Source: Aureliella sp. (GTDB lineage Bacteria; Planctomycetota; Planctomycetia; Pirellulales; Pirellulaceae). Taken from it: DNA of 64,000 bases. This document shows, piece by piece, positions 41,140-51,900 of this stretch; position 1 is the first letter of the stretch; the number at the start of each line of letters is the position of its first letter. Under the pieces are notes generated by a model, which saw nothing but the letters and a program-made list of their open reading frames with translations, was not told the DNA's origin and searched no databases. The stretch spans positions 4,288,001-4,352,000 of the forward strand of contig OY829846.1 of assembly GCA_963691875.1 (NCBI GenBank), in the 5' to 3' direction. A program made the position numbers and the translations under genes.

Positions 41140-43164
41140 ATGCGCAAACTGGTCTTTTTTTATTGTTGGTTATTTGCTGGGGTGATCCCTACGACAGCAC
41201 TCCAAGCTGACGAAGGAATGTGGCTCTACAACGCCTTGCCAAAAGAGCACTTGAAGAAGCAACACGGATTCGAAGTGACGGACGATTGGAGCGAGCACTT
41301 GATGCTCTCCAGCGTCCGATTCAATTCAGGCGGCTCCGCTTCCTTCATTTCCAGCAACGGACTGGTGTTGACGAATCATCACGTTGCAGCCGAAACTTTG
41401 TACAAGCTCTCTTCGGCTGATCAGAATATCGCTGCCGATGGGTACCTTGCTAAAGGATTCGAGCAAGAGCTGAAAGCTCCAGATCTCGAGCTCAACCAGC
41501 TTGTATCCATCGAAGACGTAACAGAACGTGTTAACTCCGCGGTCAATGCCAAGGATGCCGAGGAAGCAGGACGCCAGCGACAAGCTGCGATGGCGAAGAT
41601 TGAGGCTGAGTCTACGGAGAAAACCGGGCTCCGTAGCGATGTCGTGACTTTGTATGGCGGCGGGCGTTATCACCTGTATCGCTACAAAAAGTACACCGAT
41701 GTGCGACTAGTTTGGGCGCCGGAAGCGAAGACAGCATTCTTCGGTGGAGACGCCGACAACTTTGAATACCCCCGTTACTGCCTCGACGTGACAATTTTTC
41801 GCGTCTACGAAGACGGAAAGCCCGCAAAGATCGAACACTTCCTCGAAGTGAATCCTGACGGTGCTAAGGACGGAGAGCTGGTTTTCATCAGCGGTAATCC
41901 AGGTCGCACCCAGCGGATTCTGACAGCGGATGCGCTGGAGTACCAGCGCGATAATCGGATGCCCAGAGTTCTTAACTTGCTTCGACGAAAAGAAATTCTG
42001 ATGCAACAGTATGGTCTTGGTGGTGCCGAGCAGAAACGCCGTGCGCAGGATAACCTGTTTGGCATCCAAAACTCGCGAAAGGCTTACACGGGTATGTTGG
42101 CCGGACTGCAAGTTCCTGGCTACATTCCGCAGAAGCGAGAAGCTGAAAAGGAGCTGCAGGCGGCTGTCGGCGCCAAGCCCTGGAAGACAATTCAAAAGGT
42201 TTTGCAAGAGCGTATCGCCATGCAGAGACGCTCAGGTAGCCTGCGGGGAAGCATCTACGGAATCGCAGAAGATCTTGTCTTACTCGTGATGGAAGATGAA
42301 AAGCCTAGTGAGGAGCGACTTCGTGAGTTCCGTGATTCGAATCGCCAATCGTTGGAGCAATCTCTGTTCTCTCCCGCACCGCTTTATGGTGATTTAGAAC
42401 GAGTGGAACTCGCTGACGAGCTTGCTCGATTCGCTGAGATTCGGGGGGGCAGCGATGAGCTCGTATTAAAAGCGTTGGATGGCAAAGGTCCACGCGATCG
42501 TGCGGCTGAACTCATCAGTGGAACGAGCATGTTCGACGTTGAAGAGCGAAAGATAGTTTCCAAGATGTCGTTGGCCGATCTCAAGAAGAGCAAAGATCCC
42601 TTGATTCAACTCGCCTTAACGCTGAATGCCGAGTACCGTGAGTTGCGTGAGGCAAGCGAGCGAATGAGTGAGCAGGAGCGACAAGCGTATGCCAAGATCG
42701 CAGACGCCAAGTTCAAGACTGAAGGTGAATCCGTTTATCCTGACGCGACCTTTACGCTCCGTCTGGCATTTGGCGTAGTGAAAGGTTACGAGGAGGACGG
42801 TGACTTTATTACCTCAAACACAACGATGGGAGGTGCCTTTGACCACGAGATCGCTCATGACAAAAAGGGAGACTGGGTGTTGCCAGAGAGTTGGCACGAT
42901 GCGAAAGATAGCATCGCTTCCAGCACTCCATTTAACTTTGTGTGCACCGCTGACATCATTGGCGGAAACTCGGGTTCACCAGTTGTCGATCGCAAAGGCC
43001 GTTTGGTTGGCGTCATCTTTGACGGCAACATCCAGAGTCTGACTGCGGACTTCTACCACAGTGAGAAGCAAGGTCGAGCAACATCTGTTCATATTGCTGC
43101 GGTATTGGAGGCTTTGGGCACAGTCTACAAAGCCAGCGATCTCAAGTCGCAGATCGGTAAATAG
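41140..43164 (+). CDS. S46-family dipeptidyl peptidase (DPP7-like)
   Basis: ADEGMW, LTNHH, DIIGGNSGSPV and FDGN (Gly at the S1 position, as in DPP7 rather than Arg as in DPP11). Confidence 0.93.
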   Translation: MRKLVFFYCWLFAGVIPTTALQADEGMWLYNALPKEHLKKQHGFEVTDDWSEHLMLSSVRFNSGGSASFISSNGLVLTNHHVAAETLYKLSSADQNIAADGYLAKGFEQELKAPDLELNQLVSIEDVTERVNSAVNAKDAEEAGRQRQAAMAKIEAESTEKTGLRSDVVTLYGGGRYHLYRYKKYTDVRLVWAPEAKTAFFGGDADNFEYPRYCLDVTIFRVYEDGKPAKIEHFLEVNPDGAKDGELVFISGNPGRTQRILTADALEYQRDNRMPRVLNLLRRKEILMQQYGLGGAEQKRRAQDNLFGIQNSRKAYTGMLAGLQVPGYIPQKREAEKELQAAVGAKPWKTIQKVLQERIAMQRRSGSLRGSIYGIAEDLVLLVMEDEKPSEERLREFRDSNRQSLEQSLFSPAPLYGDLERVELADELARFAEIRGGSDELVLKALDGKGPRDRAAELISGTSMFDVEERKIVSKMSLADLKKSKDPLIQLALTLNAEYRELREASERMSEQERQAYAKIADAKFKTEGESVYPDATFTLRLAFGVVKGYEEDGDFITSNTTMGGAFDHEIAHDKKGDWVLPESWHDAKDSIASSTPFNFVCTADIIGGNSGSPVVDRKGRLVGVIFDGNIQSLTADFYHSEKQGRATSVHIAAVLEALGTVYKASDLKSQIGK

Positions 43165-43175
43165 TCGATCTCTGG

Positions 43176-44612
43176 CTAATCATCGCGAATTTCGATGACT
43201 CCCTCGTTCACTTGCTGCTTGGCAATCTGCAAAAGGTTGCTCCAAGTGGTTTGTTCGGAGTCATCGAGTTCGTCGCGGTTGAGTTGTCGCAGTAGATTGA
43301 TAGCCCTCTTGGGGCGTTCTAAGTGCAAGTAGATCTTGGCCAAGTTGAACTGGAGTGGAATTCGCTGGACGTCGAATCGCTGGACATGCTCAATCATGTA
43401 AGGAACCGCTCGCTTGTATTCGCTTGCAGCGGATAAGTCGCGAAGTAGTTTTGCCAGGGCGGGCTGAGACAGCTGAATTTTCTTGTCATTGCGTTCGAGT
43501 TTCTCCATCATCTTAATAGCGGTCTCATAATTGCCATCGAGAATGAGCTCTTCAATGTTCTCGTGCATCAAGGCCAGTCTTGCTTCTGGCGAGAGAACTA
43601 AGTCCTCTTCTGGTATCTCACCTTTCTTGCGGGCCTTGGCGGTCTTTTCGGCTTGCTCCTTGGCACGATACTTGGCTTTGCGTTTGGCACGTTGCCGAGC
43701 TGCTTCTTTCTTTTGCTCTTCGTTGCCAAGTGAGCTCCTGACGAGCTCTTGAGCCTCCCTTTCTGCCTCGCGGTCTTCGGGTTTGCGGTTTGGCTGATCG
43801 TGTTCGTTTTTCATCACGCTGACGATGTCCCAACCTTCACAGTCTACCCACTGGCGACGTAACCAAATCATTCCGAACAATAGTCCGAATCCGAAGCCAG
43901 TGAGGTAAAGGACACTTTCGAATCCAATTAGCAAAGCAAATGCGAATTGAATGAATCCGTATAGCAGGATGGATAGATCGAAAGGCGGAATCCACCAGGT
44001 GAGCCAGACTTCGACGCAGTTCTTCGGCGCCCAAATAACCGCAACGCCAATCAGTCCAAGCACAGTTGTTTCCGCTCCGGAAAGTGGCGGCCCCGAACTG
44101 AACAGCATGCACATCTGTATGAATACGGCTTGGCTGATTCCGATTCCGAAGAAGATAGCTAAAAAACCACGTGTCCCCACTTTGCCTTCAATGATCAAGC
44201 CGAAAGCCCACAGGGCGATCAAGTTGAAAATTAACTCGAAAATGTTGGCATGGATGAGTGGGCTGCATAACCATTGAATTGGGTTGAACGAGCCAGGATG
44301 AAGCCGTAGTCGTATAGTTCCGGTTGCGTTCTTCTCGCCGCTGCTAGGCAATACTGTCACTAGATCCGCATCGCTGTCTGCGGCTAGCCCGGGCCCAGGA
44401 TCCTCACCCTCAATCCGAAAATCCTCCGCATTCCAACCATTGTCTTGGCTGACCAGGACGATGGCCTCTGCCAACTTGTCGTTGTTTGGAGCCTGTGCGA
44501 CATCATCGGTCTCAGCAGGAACAAGGATTGACGCCAAAACACAGGCGATCATCAGCCCAACTGTGCCATAGGGTCGGTAATAGATCGGAGCATCTGTGCT
44601 GAGGACGATCAT
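43176..44612 (-). CDS. Rhomboid-like membrane protein with degenerate active site and helical/TPR-like C-terminal domain
   Basis: STDAPIY, QWLCSPLIHAN..ELIFN.IALWAFGLIIEGKVG, SGAET in place of GxSG and VLYLTG in place of AHLGG. Confidence 0.8.
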   Translation of the reverse strand: MIVLSTDAPIYYRPYGTVGLMIACVLASILVPAETDDVAQAPNNDKLAEAIVLVSQDNGWNAEDFRIEGEDPGPGLAADSDADLVTVLPSSGEKNATGTIRLRLHPGSFNPIQWLCSPLIHANIFELIFNLIALWAFGLIIEGKVGTRGFLAIFFGIGISQAVFIQMCMLFSSGPPLSGAETTVLGLIGVAVIWAPKNCVEVWLTWWIPPFDLSILLYGFIQFAFALLIGFESVLYLTGFGFGLLFGMIWLRRQWVDCEGWDIVSVMKNEHDQPNRKPEDREAEREAQELVRSSLGNEEQKKEAARQRAKRKAKYRAKEQAEKTAKARKKGEIPEEDLVLSPEARLALMHENIEELILDGNYETAIKMMEKLERNDKKIQLSQPALAKLLRDLSAASEYKRAVPYMIEHVQRFDVQRIPLQFNLAKIYLHLERPKRAINLLRQLNRDELDDSEQTTWSNLLQIAKQQVNEGVIEIRDD

Positions 44613-44821
44613 GGAAAGTCGCTTACGTAGATAAGTGAGTCCAACGCTGCCAGACTGTCTCAATATGAGACCGCCGTCTCAGAAAGGTGCAAAGCTTTTT
44701 CTGGACAGGCTGTCCCGTAGATACATCAAACGGCAATTTTACTTTTATAGGGCGAAACATTTCATGTTAAATGCCGCTTAAAAGATGCGGGAGCAGGAAA
44801 ACGTCCAGCATACGCAAGGTT

Positions 44822-44837
44822 TGGCACGCGAATCGCA
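44822..44837 (+). promoter_or_regulatory. Candidate sigma-54 (-24/-12) promoter
   Basis: TGGCACG-CGAA-TCGCA has GG-N10-GC spacing and lies about 55 nt upstream of ATG 44892 and its GGGGAG RBS. Confidence 0.6.
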
Positions 44838-44891
44838 GCAGAAGAAAGAATATCAGTTGGCAAGGCCAACGCAGACTCGGGGAGTTCAATT

Positions 44892-45746
44892 ATGTCGGTT
44901 ACCAAAACACTCACAATCGCTTTCGGGCTGCTAGTTGCTGTTGGCTCTACGGCTTCCGCGCAAGTCGCGGTACCTATTAACAACTGGAGTTACCAGCGTC
45001 ACGCCAGCACTGCAGCGGAAGGCTACTTGAGAGGCTCCGCCTCAGTCATCACTGCGGTAGGCCAGAAGAACTATTTGGATTCAGTTGCCGCGGTCAACTA
45101 CCAGGAGGCGCTGCGACGCAGTATCGAAAACAGTGGTCTTCGAGTGAAGACATATTTTGAGAATAAGGAGATCAATCGAGCATATCGCGAGAAATATCGA
45201 GAGCTTCCACCAACCAAGGATCAGTGGGCTCGAATCATCGAAGCTTCACTGCCAGACAAGCTTACCGATGAGCAAGTTGATCCCACGACCGGCAAGCTAA
45301 TATGGCCGCACATTCTACGAACCAACGAGTACGCCGCATTTCGCAATCGAATTGACCAACTTTGGAATAGCCGAACGCCAGACAACAGCGGTGACGGCAG
45401 CCCATTCCAGATCGAACTTAACGAACTCGTGGACGGAATGAAGTTGCTGCTCAAGAGCAATGTGAAGACCTTGAGTTCAACACAATACACCGGCGCGAGA
45501 TTCTTCCTGCTCTCAGTCGAGTACGAAGCCTTAATGCCGATGGCTCAACCAGCCACGCCGAGTCCTTCGCAACCGATTGCTCAGTCCAAAGCATCGGCGA
45601 CTCCGGTTGCTGCTGAGGCCGAAAAGAACTTTCAGCCGAAAACTGCACCCGTCGCAGAAGTGAAGCCAGAGCCCGCAGAGGAGCCAGCTGCAAAAACAGA
45701 AGGTACGAAGGTCGAAAAGAACGAATCTACGAAAGGCGATTCCTAA
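44892..45746 (+). CDS. Secreted hypothetical protein (planctomycete-type) with low-complexity P/A/E/K tail
   Basis: Signal peptide (ASA-Q), HASTAAEGYLRG and IWPHIL; good RBS and downstream terminator. Confidence 0.75.
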   Translation: MSVTKTLTIAFGLLVAVGSTASAQVAVPINNWSYQRHASTAAEGYLRGSASVITAVGQKNYLDSVAAVNYQEALRRSIENSGLRVKTYFENKEINRAYREKYRELPPTKDQWARIIEASLPDKLTDEQVDPTTGKLIWPHILRTNEYAAFRNRIDQLWNSRTPDNSGDGSPFQIELNELVDGMKLLLKSNVKTLSSTQYTGARFFLLSVEYEALMPMAQPATPSPSQPIAQSKASATPVAAEAEKNFQPKTAPVAEVKPEPAEEPAAKTEGTKVEKNESTKGDS

Positions 45747-45839
45747 GCGTCAAGCACGTACGATGAAACATTAATTTTGGGGAATCGCGGTGTTTCTTTA
45801 TTCCTCACCGCAATAGTTCCAACTGCGTCTCCCCACCAC

Positions 45840-45877
45840 GGGCGTCTTCTCTTTTGAGAGGGCGCCTTTTTCGTTTT
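45840..45877 (+). terminator. Rho-independent terminator
   Basis: GGGCGTCTTCTC-TTTT-GAGAGGGCGCCT followed by TTTTCGTTTT. Confidence 0.85.
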
Positions 45878-46371
45878 CCGCCATCAGTTACGTCGGCTTT
45901 ATCAGAGTCCAAACTCAAAGGTGCGGCTCTTTTCATCTTCTTGGAAATCGGCCAGGGCGGAAAAGCTACACGATTTGGGATTCGTCAAGAATATTCTTTA
46001 CAGAGTGTAGCAAGTCTCGTTTATGAACCAGAGTAGTCCGGTGTTCGAGCGGTTTCTCTACGGAATAGGGTTTCGTCGAAGTATCTCGACAAATGGTTTT
46101 TCTTCCATTGCTTTTCACCCTGCAACCGATCGTAAAATTTCGTTTTATTAGTGCGAGTCTCTACACCGGACGGCCAGGCTAGGCAGGGGCCGATTCGACG
46201 ACTTGCAATCTCGGCGATCGCGGCAACTGTTGAGTGGCAATACTGCGTTTGATAGCCGCCAACGGGAAGCCCTAAATCGCCTTAGGCGGAGATAGAAGTT
46301 CCTAGATTCTTGGTTTAGACTGATAGATTGCTACCTATTGAACCCTGAAGAAATTCGCGCACTGAAACATC

Positions 46372-47328
46372 ATGGAAATCGTCTGTCCAGCCTGCAATCA
46401 CAAGATGCAATCTGCCAAGGATCTCAGCGGACGCAGTGTAAAGTGTAAGTGTGGGCACTCTTTTCGCGTTCCCTCTCAGTCGGCGGCAGCGAGCTCGCCA
46501 GGAAAAATTACCCTGAAATGCGAGTGCGGGAAAACTTTGGCGGTTCCGGCCTCTGCCGCCGGAAAGCAGGCCAAGTGCACCTGCGGGCGGATCTTGAAAG
46601 TTCCTGGGCGGAAAGCACAGCCCGCGCGTGTCGCACAATCAGCTGCAAAAGCAAAATCGCCGAGAGCACAGCAGACAACGCCGAGTCCTTCGGCCGGTGC
46701 TTTTAATTCGATTTCTGAAGATGAGTGGTCCAAGCTTACCGTAGATACTGCGCCTAAAAAGGCTGATCCTTACGCGGATCTTTTGCCGCCAGAAGAAGAG
46801 GAGGAAAAGCGAACGGCTGCAGATGAAATCATGGATCGAGCTCGTGAAGAAATGGGGGAAACCAAAGAGCAGAAAAAGGCCGGAGCAACGAACGAGCTCA
46901 ACAAGGCTCGTGGGTTCCTGATTATCTCGGGCATTGCCAATGCAGGGTTCTGGGGCACGATGGGATTTTTTCTAACCGCCTGGCTCGATGAAATTGCCGC
47001 GGCAAGTGCCGATCAGAACCTTACCAATTTGGCATTCTACCTCAAGCTTTTGGTGGGACTGGATGTAGGTGTTGGAGTTCTGTTCATCGTCATGGGCATC
47101 TTTATCTTCGTTTTTCCATTGACCTGTACCATCACAGCAACGGTTCTATTTGTTGGGATGGAGATCTTTGCCCTCATTATCGATCCTCTCGAACTCACAC
47201 GAGTAAGGGGCTGGATTCGCCGCGTTGCGGTCATTGGAAGTCTGATCACTGCAATCACTAATGCTGCTTACTACAACTACTTGAAGAAGCAGCAAAGCCA
47301 AAAGGGTCGCAAGCAAGGGGATTACTAG
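46372..47328 (+). CDS. Tandem zinc-ribbon membrane protein
   Basis: CPAC...KCKCG and KCECG...KCTCG repeats, a linker, then about 4 TM helices. Confidence 0.75.
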   Translation: MEIVCPACNHKMQSAKDLSGRSVKCKCGHSFRVPSQSAAASSPGKITLKCECGKTLAVPASAAGKQAKCTCGRILKVPGRKAQPARVAQSAAKAKSPRAQQTTPSPSAGAFNSISEDEWSKLTVDTAPKKADPYADLLPPEEEEEKRTAADEIMDRAREEMGETKEQKKAGATNELNKARGFLIISGIANAGFWGTMGFFLTAWLDEIAAASADQNLTNLAFYLKLLVGLDVGVGVLFIVMGIFIFVFPLTCTITATVLFVGMEIFALIIDPLELTRVRGWIRRVAVIGSLITAITNAAYYNYLKKQQSQKGRKQGDY

Positions 47329-47344
47329 GCCGATCCTGATGCGT

Positions 47345-48745
47345 TCAGTTGTAGTCCGCGACAAAAGAAATCGGCTTAAGCTCCACATCAGATGCCTGTG
47401 GTTTGAATTTAGGGATGGGCGCGCCTTTCAGCAGCTCTGGCAACTCCGGCATCGGTGCGGACCAAAGTGTGTTCAGGTCGAGCTGGGTTCCATCATCCAG
47501 CGGATCAGTTTCTTTGGAAAGTACCTGCATGTTGCGAATGGCCGTGCGCAGCATGCAATCATCCATCGGCTGACCGGCGACGAGGCGATAGTATTTTTCA
47601 TTCACTGTAGTCGCCGCTTGTCCAAGGTTTAAAACGGTGTCGCCGGGAATGACGTCTCGCCAAGAGAAGTGCGGGACACGAGCCGCCTTTTCAGCTGCAC
47701 GCACAATACGTTCCGGTGTCAGCGACTCCAGTAGCGAGAAATCCTGCGTGATGAAATAGGTCTTCTGGTACTCACTGATCAAGTAGTCCGTACACACCAA
47801 ACGCATCAAATGTTGCTCGTTGGACGGATCAATCAGAATCCGATTCGCGGCTGGAGAATGCACCGAATAAGCGGTTTCGCCAGGGGAAGACAAAATGCCA
47901 GCTCCGAAGGCACGCAACTTGTCGTCCTGCATGACCAGGCCGAACTCTACAGTGAACCAGTAAATGCGCTCGGCATAAGCCAACAGCTCGTCGGCTCGCG
48001 AGCAAATACCCTTGGCCTGCTGTTCATCATTGGCTTTGCTTAGCCGCTCGTCGCGCTCTGTGTAGATCAAGTCACGGGCCTTGCCGTGATCCTGCATCAA
48101 CTTGGCTACGGTCGGAATTGTGAAGGTCGCGACATGCCCTGCGACGTCATGCCCAATGTCTGGCTCTTGCAAATAGTCCTGCTCAAGCGGCCGCATGAAA
48201 GTCGTTACTGGAAAAAAGCGATAGCTGTGGCAGGTAAAGAATAACTCGGCGGGAATGATCATGTTGACAGTCGCCAGCTGCCAGCCTGTTTGTTGGAAGA
48301 TCCGCGCATTGAGAATGTAGTAATCTGGGATGACCGTTCCACCGATCTCGAAGAGTTCTTCTCCTTCGAGATACTCGCGACAAGCAAACTGGTGTTTCGT
48401 CTTTTGTTGATCCGACAGCAGGCAAGCCCAACTCAGGTGCTCTTCAAAGCTATATCGGTCATGGTGCTGTTCCGCCGCGTACTCGACCAGATCGACTGAC
48501 GTCTCACTGAGTGCTCCGACGGTGAATGGAACTCCTCCTGCCGCATTCTGAAAGTAAGCTTCGGCCCGCACGGGGGAAATCGGGAAGGCGACATCCTGCC
48601 GCGATAAGATTTGCCGCAAGACACTCAAGCGCTCTTTGGGTGTGCGTGGTGACACCTCGGCCATATCGATACCGTGTCGATCAGCGATTTTCTGCAACTC
48701 AGCTGGCGAAAAACTACGACTAGTTTCGCGGTCTGATTCAGGCAT
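47345..48745 (-). CDS. phhA: Pterin-dependent aromatic amino acid hydroxylase (phenylalanine 4-hydroxylase-like) with N- and C-terminal extensions
   Basis: FFPVTTFMR, DYLQEPDIGHDVAGH (2 His), YWFTVEFGL (Glu) and GAGILSSPGE. Likely start MPESD at 48745. Confidence 0.8.
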   Translation of the reverse strand: MPESDRETSRSFSPAELQKIADRHGIDMAEVSPRTPKERLSVLRQILSRQDVAFPISPVRAEAYFQNAAGGVPFTVGALSETSVDLVEYAAEQHHDRYSFEEHLSWACLLSDQQKTKHQFACREYLEGEELFEIGGTVIPDYYILNARIFQQTGWQLATVNMIIPAELFFTCHSYRFFPVTTFMRPLEQDYLQEPDIGHDVAGHVATFTIPTVAKLMQDHGKARDLIYTERDERLSKANDEQQAKGICSRADELLAYAERIYWFTVEFGLVMQDDKLRAFGAGILSSPGETAYSVHSPAANRILIDPSNEQHLMRLVCTDYLISEYQKTYFITQDFSLLESLTPERIVRAAEKAARVPHFSWRDVIPGDTVLNLGQAATTVNEKYYRLVAGQPMDDCMLRTAIRNMQVLSKETDPLDDGTQLDLNTLWSAPMPELPELLKGAPIPKFKPQASDVELKPISFVADYN

Positions 48746-48999
48746 AGTTGGCTTGGGGAGTCTCGATCGGAGGCACTCGATCCCCACTCCTGTAGTACGA
48801 GGAATGGAACTTGAGATTCCAGTTGCCGACCGTATTGTTGGTCGGCGAAGCATCAACGTAACTCTTGCTTGCGACGGCGGGAAGTCAAGTTCTGGGAAGC
48901 GATCAGTCCCTTGGCGGCATGTTTTGGTGGTAAGCTTGACTTTGACGCTCCAAATGTCCAACATGGGAACACCTCCCACCTTCAAGCAGATTCGCCAGC

Positions 49000-51900
49000 A
49001 TGCATACACTCCCCTACGACAACCTCCTCTGTTTTTCACGCAACTACAGAAGATGGACGGCGAGCGTCCTTATTCTTTTCGCGCTGATTTCGTCGTATTC
49101 CCTTGCGGACGAGAAGTCGACTGGCGAGGAACTTGAGTTCTTTGAGTCGCGCATTCGTCCCGTTCTCGTCGAACACTGCTATCAATGCCACAACAGTCGC
49201 GAGACAGCCGAAGCCGAAGTTCGCCTCGACTTCCGTGAGGGGCTTCGTGAATCTCTGACGCAAGATGGTGATAAGTATTCCACCAGCGAGAGTACCCTCC
49301 TTCAAGCCATTCGTCACGAAATCCAAGGTTCAGAGATGCCCGAAGGTGGCCCCAAGCTCGATGATGCTGTGGTGGCAGATTTTGAAAAGTGGCTTGAGAT
49401 GGGTGCTCCCGATCCTCGCGCAGATCCTCCTTCCATGAAAGAGCTCAGTGCACTCACCTCATGGGAAACACAGTTAGCAAATCGCAAGCAGTGGTGGAGT
49501 TTCCAGCCGATTCGGCGTCCAGCATTGCCCGAAGTGAATGAGCCAGATTGGCAAGCTCCTGTCGATCGTTTTATATTGTCCGAGATGCATAAGCAGCATC
49601 TTTCTCCAAGTCTGCAAGCTGATCCAGCCACTTTAATTCGGCGTGTGTACTTTGCTCTGATTGGTCTGCCACCGCCTTACGATAAAGTGCAAAGTTTCCT
49701 ACAAAATCCGTCAAATAAGGCCTTTGAAGCAATCGTAGCAGAGTTGCTGGAATCTAAGCACTTTGGTGAACGTTGGGCTCGGCACTGGATGGATTGGGTG
49801 CGCTATGCCGAGTCACACGGCAGCGAAGGCGATCCACGGTTGGTGGGAGCGGAGCTCTATCGCGACTACTTGATTCGAGCGCTGAATGAAGATGTGCCCT
49901 ATGATCAGCTCTTGATGGAGCATGTGGCAGGAGACTTATTACCCAACCCACGCGTAAACAGTGAGCTGCAAATCAATGAATCGCTGATTGGTACAGCGCA
50001 CTGGCGCATGGTGTTTCATGGCTTCGCGCCGACAGATGCCCTGGATGAGAAAGTGCGATTCACCGATGACGCGATCAATACTTTTTCGAAAGCATTTCTA
50101 GGCCTGACAGTTAGCTGCGCGCGCTGCCACAACCACAAGTTCGATGCGATAAGCCAAGCCGACTATTACGCGATGTTCGGCATCCTTGCTTCGACCAGAC
50201 CGGGACGTGCTGCGATCGACCTGCCGGAAAAACAGAACCGGCACAAGGAGCGATTGGCCGAGCTCAAAACGGAGATACGCGCTGCACTCGCCAAAGGCTG
50301 GCAGCAGCGATTGCACGCCACGGAGCAGCGACTTTCAGCCAAAGACCGAAATCTGATGGGGGCGCTTACGGGAATCAAATGGAAGTCAGAGACAAGTACG
50401 GCTGACTACTGGAGAAGGCTTGAAGAGGCCTTTGGTGCTTATCAGAATCAGGAAGAGCAGTTCGAAGCGTCTGAGAAAGCGGTAAGTTGGGATCTCGCTG
50501 CAAAGAAAGACTATCGAAGTTGGTTTACTCATGGTGCAGGTTTGGCTGACTCGCCAGCCCTGGCTGGTTCCTTCGTCGTGACGACAAGTGGCGACCAGAT
50601 CCTAAAGCAAGTCTTACCTGGAGGTGCTTATTCTCACCTGCTGAGTGACAAGCATGCGGCGAGGCTGGAATCAGCGGATTTTAAACTGGACGGTAAATAT
50701 CGTGTCTGGCTGCAAGTTGCGGGTGAAGGCAAGGCGATGTCGCGGTACGTCGTTCAGAACTATCCACGCAATGGAACAGTCTTTCCGGTGACCGAACATC
50801 GCAGTCGGGACTGGCGCTGGCAGAACTACGATGTGAAATACTGGGAAGGCGATGATGTCCACATCGAGCTAACGACGGCCAACGATGCGCCTCTTCTCGT
50901 GAAGAACCAAGATCGTTCTTGGTTCGGCTTGCGACGCGTTGCAGTGACAGCCATCGATCAAGCCGGACCTCCTAGCCAAGACATGAGTTGGCTAAAGCCG
51001 ATCATCGAATCAGCCGGCGAAGGGGGTCCCAAAGATCCAACGGAACTTGCGAGGCTCTTGACGGGTGTGATTGAAGAAGCCGTCGAGGCGTGGCAAGCTG
51101 GCGAGGCAACAGACAGTCAAGCTTTGCTGCTGGATCGATGCATCGTTGAGCAAGTCTTGCCAAACGATCTCAAGCAACTCCCTGAACTCGGCGATTTGCT
51201 TATACGGTATCGCGAATTAGAAAGTGATGTACCTGTCGCCACGCGCGTTCCAACGTTAAGCGAATGGCAGGCGAAGGACAGTCCCTTGTTCGCGCGAGGT
51301 GATCATCGACAGCCAGAAACAGCTGTGCCTCGTCGCTTCTTGGAGGCTATCGATGATTCGCCCTATCGAACGCGACAGAGTGGGCGTTTGGAACTGGCCA
51401 GGGATCTATTGCGAGCTGACAACCCGTTCACTTCGCGGGTGATCGTGAATAGAGTTTGGCATCATCTCTTTGGTGCAGGAATCGTTGAGACAACAGATAA
51501 CGTTGGGCGACTCGGTTCACAGCCATCACACCCTGAGTTGTTGGACTACTTGGCCGATCGTTTTCGAAAAGAAGATCGCTGGTCACTGAAGTCCTTGATA
51601 AGGCAGATCGTCCTTTCCGAAACTTGGCAGCAGGCATCCGCACCATCCACCGCTGCCCAAGCCAATGATCCAGCGAATCGTTACTTGTCACATGCCAATG
51701 TTCGACGACTAGAGGCCGAAGCAATACGTGATGCGTTGTTGTCAGCAGCAGACTCACTAGACGATTCATTGTTCGGTCGTCCAGTCGGCGGTGAAAGCAA
51801 TCGCAGATCGGTTTATGTCAACGTCATTCGCAATCGCCTAGATCCATTTTTGACCACTTTCGACGCACCCGTTCCCTTCAGCACCAAGGGGCGGCGTGAT

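Noticed and set aside
48746..49039. Long N-terminal extension of the hydroxylase ORF to 49039
   Set aside because: It overlaps the divergent gene start and reads as non-protein-like; ATG 48745 is preferred.
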